64,000 nucleotides of DNA, taken from the NCBI RefSeq assembly GCF_004010195.1, contig NC_057755.1, positions 7,930,676-7,994,675 of the forward strand, in the 5' to 3' direction. Of the stretch, positions 63,529 to 64,000 are shown piece after piece. The notes beneath the pieces were generated by a model. The model was not told where the DNA came from. It saw only the letters and a program-made list of their open reading frames with translations, and searched no databases. The DNA is from Chiloscyllium plagiosum. Taxonomy: Eukaryota. The translations under genes and the position numbers were made by a program. Each line of letters starts with the position of its first letter. Position 1 is the first letter of the stretch.

Positions 63529-64000
63529 TATAACTAAGCACAGCCACAAGCAGCATATACACAGACATAAATGCAACAGATGCTCGTGTGCAAAACGCTG
63601 ACACAACACTATCCAGTAACAGTCACAGACATACATAAAAACGCTCACAGTGACTGAAGTACTTTCTCAACAGACTCGATAACATACCCAAGATGTACCA
63701 CAATATATAGGTACCGACATACAGCCAAATACTCACACACAGTGGAAATAAAAGCAACACACAAACACAACAACACACTCACAAAGTGGATCAAAGTCTC
63801 ATCTAAGGACAAAAACCACGTGTTATTCACAGACACAGTGACATTCCCACTAAGGCAATGATATAGTCCTACATAGGGAACGCACTGAGACCCTCAGCTG
63901 AGGGGAGCGAGAGGGAGAGAGAGATGGACAAACAAAGCGCAAGAGATGGTGGGGCAGTGCATATACTGTAATTACTATCGTGGCAAGTTATTGCTGGCTG

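Noticed and set aside
63306..63648. VCVC-rich ORFs
   Set aside because: Translations of the (CA)n microsatellite and gap

Overview
Eukaryotic vertebrate DNA, most likely from a shark or other elasmobranch (inferred from HE1-type SINEs, HER1/CR1-type LINEs and a GPR139-like GPCR of the kind expanded in sharks). The window is dominated by transposon debris: many CR1 fragments (one near full length with SGNH-esterase ORF1), HE1 SINEs, two Penelope-like clades with minimal hammerhead-ribozyme cores, a Gmr1-type Gypsy remnant, solo LTRs, and Rex/Babar- and RTE-like LINEs. I find no intact host gene. Host-like features are a CpG-rich promoter-like segment near 1.2 kb, a frameshifted GPR139-like main exon (minus strand, 12.66-13.53 kb) and an intact-looking TATA-linked GPR139-like first exon (34.24-34.31 kb). 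The most striking structure is a ~770-bp-arm, ~99% identical palindrome (5291-6850, 19-nt loop). Its junctions suggest the left arm is an inverted duplicate inserted into an unidentified decayed reading frame. Also notable are an old ~4-kb tandem duplication (53.7-62.2 kb), a decayed 39-bp minisatellite and two further unidentified coding-like segments. Assembly gaps: 8711-8740, 29390-29889, 39409-39416, 63485-63505. All family calls come from reading motifs by eye, not database searches, and TE boundaries are approximate.
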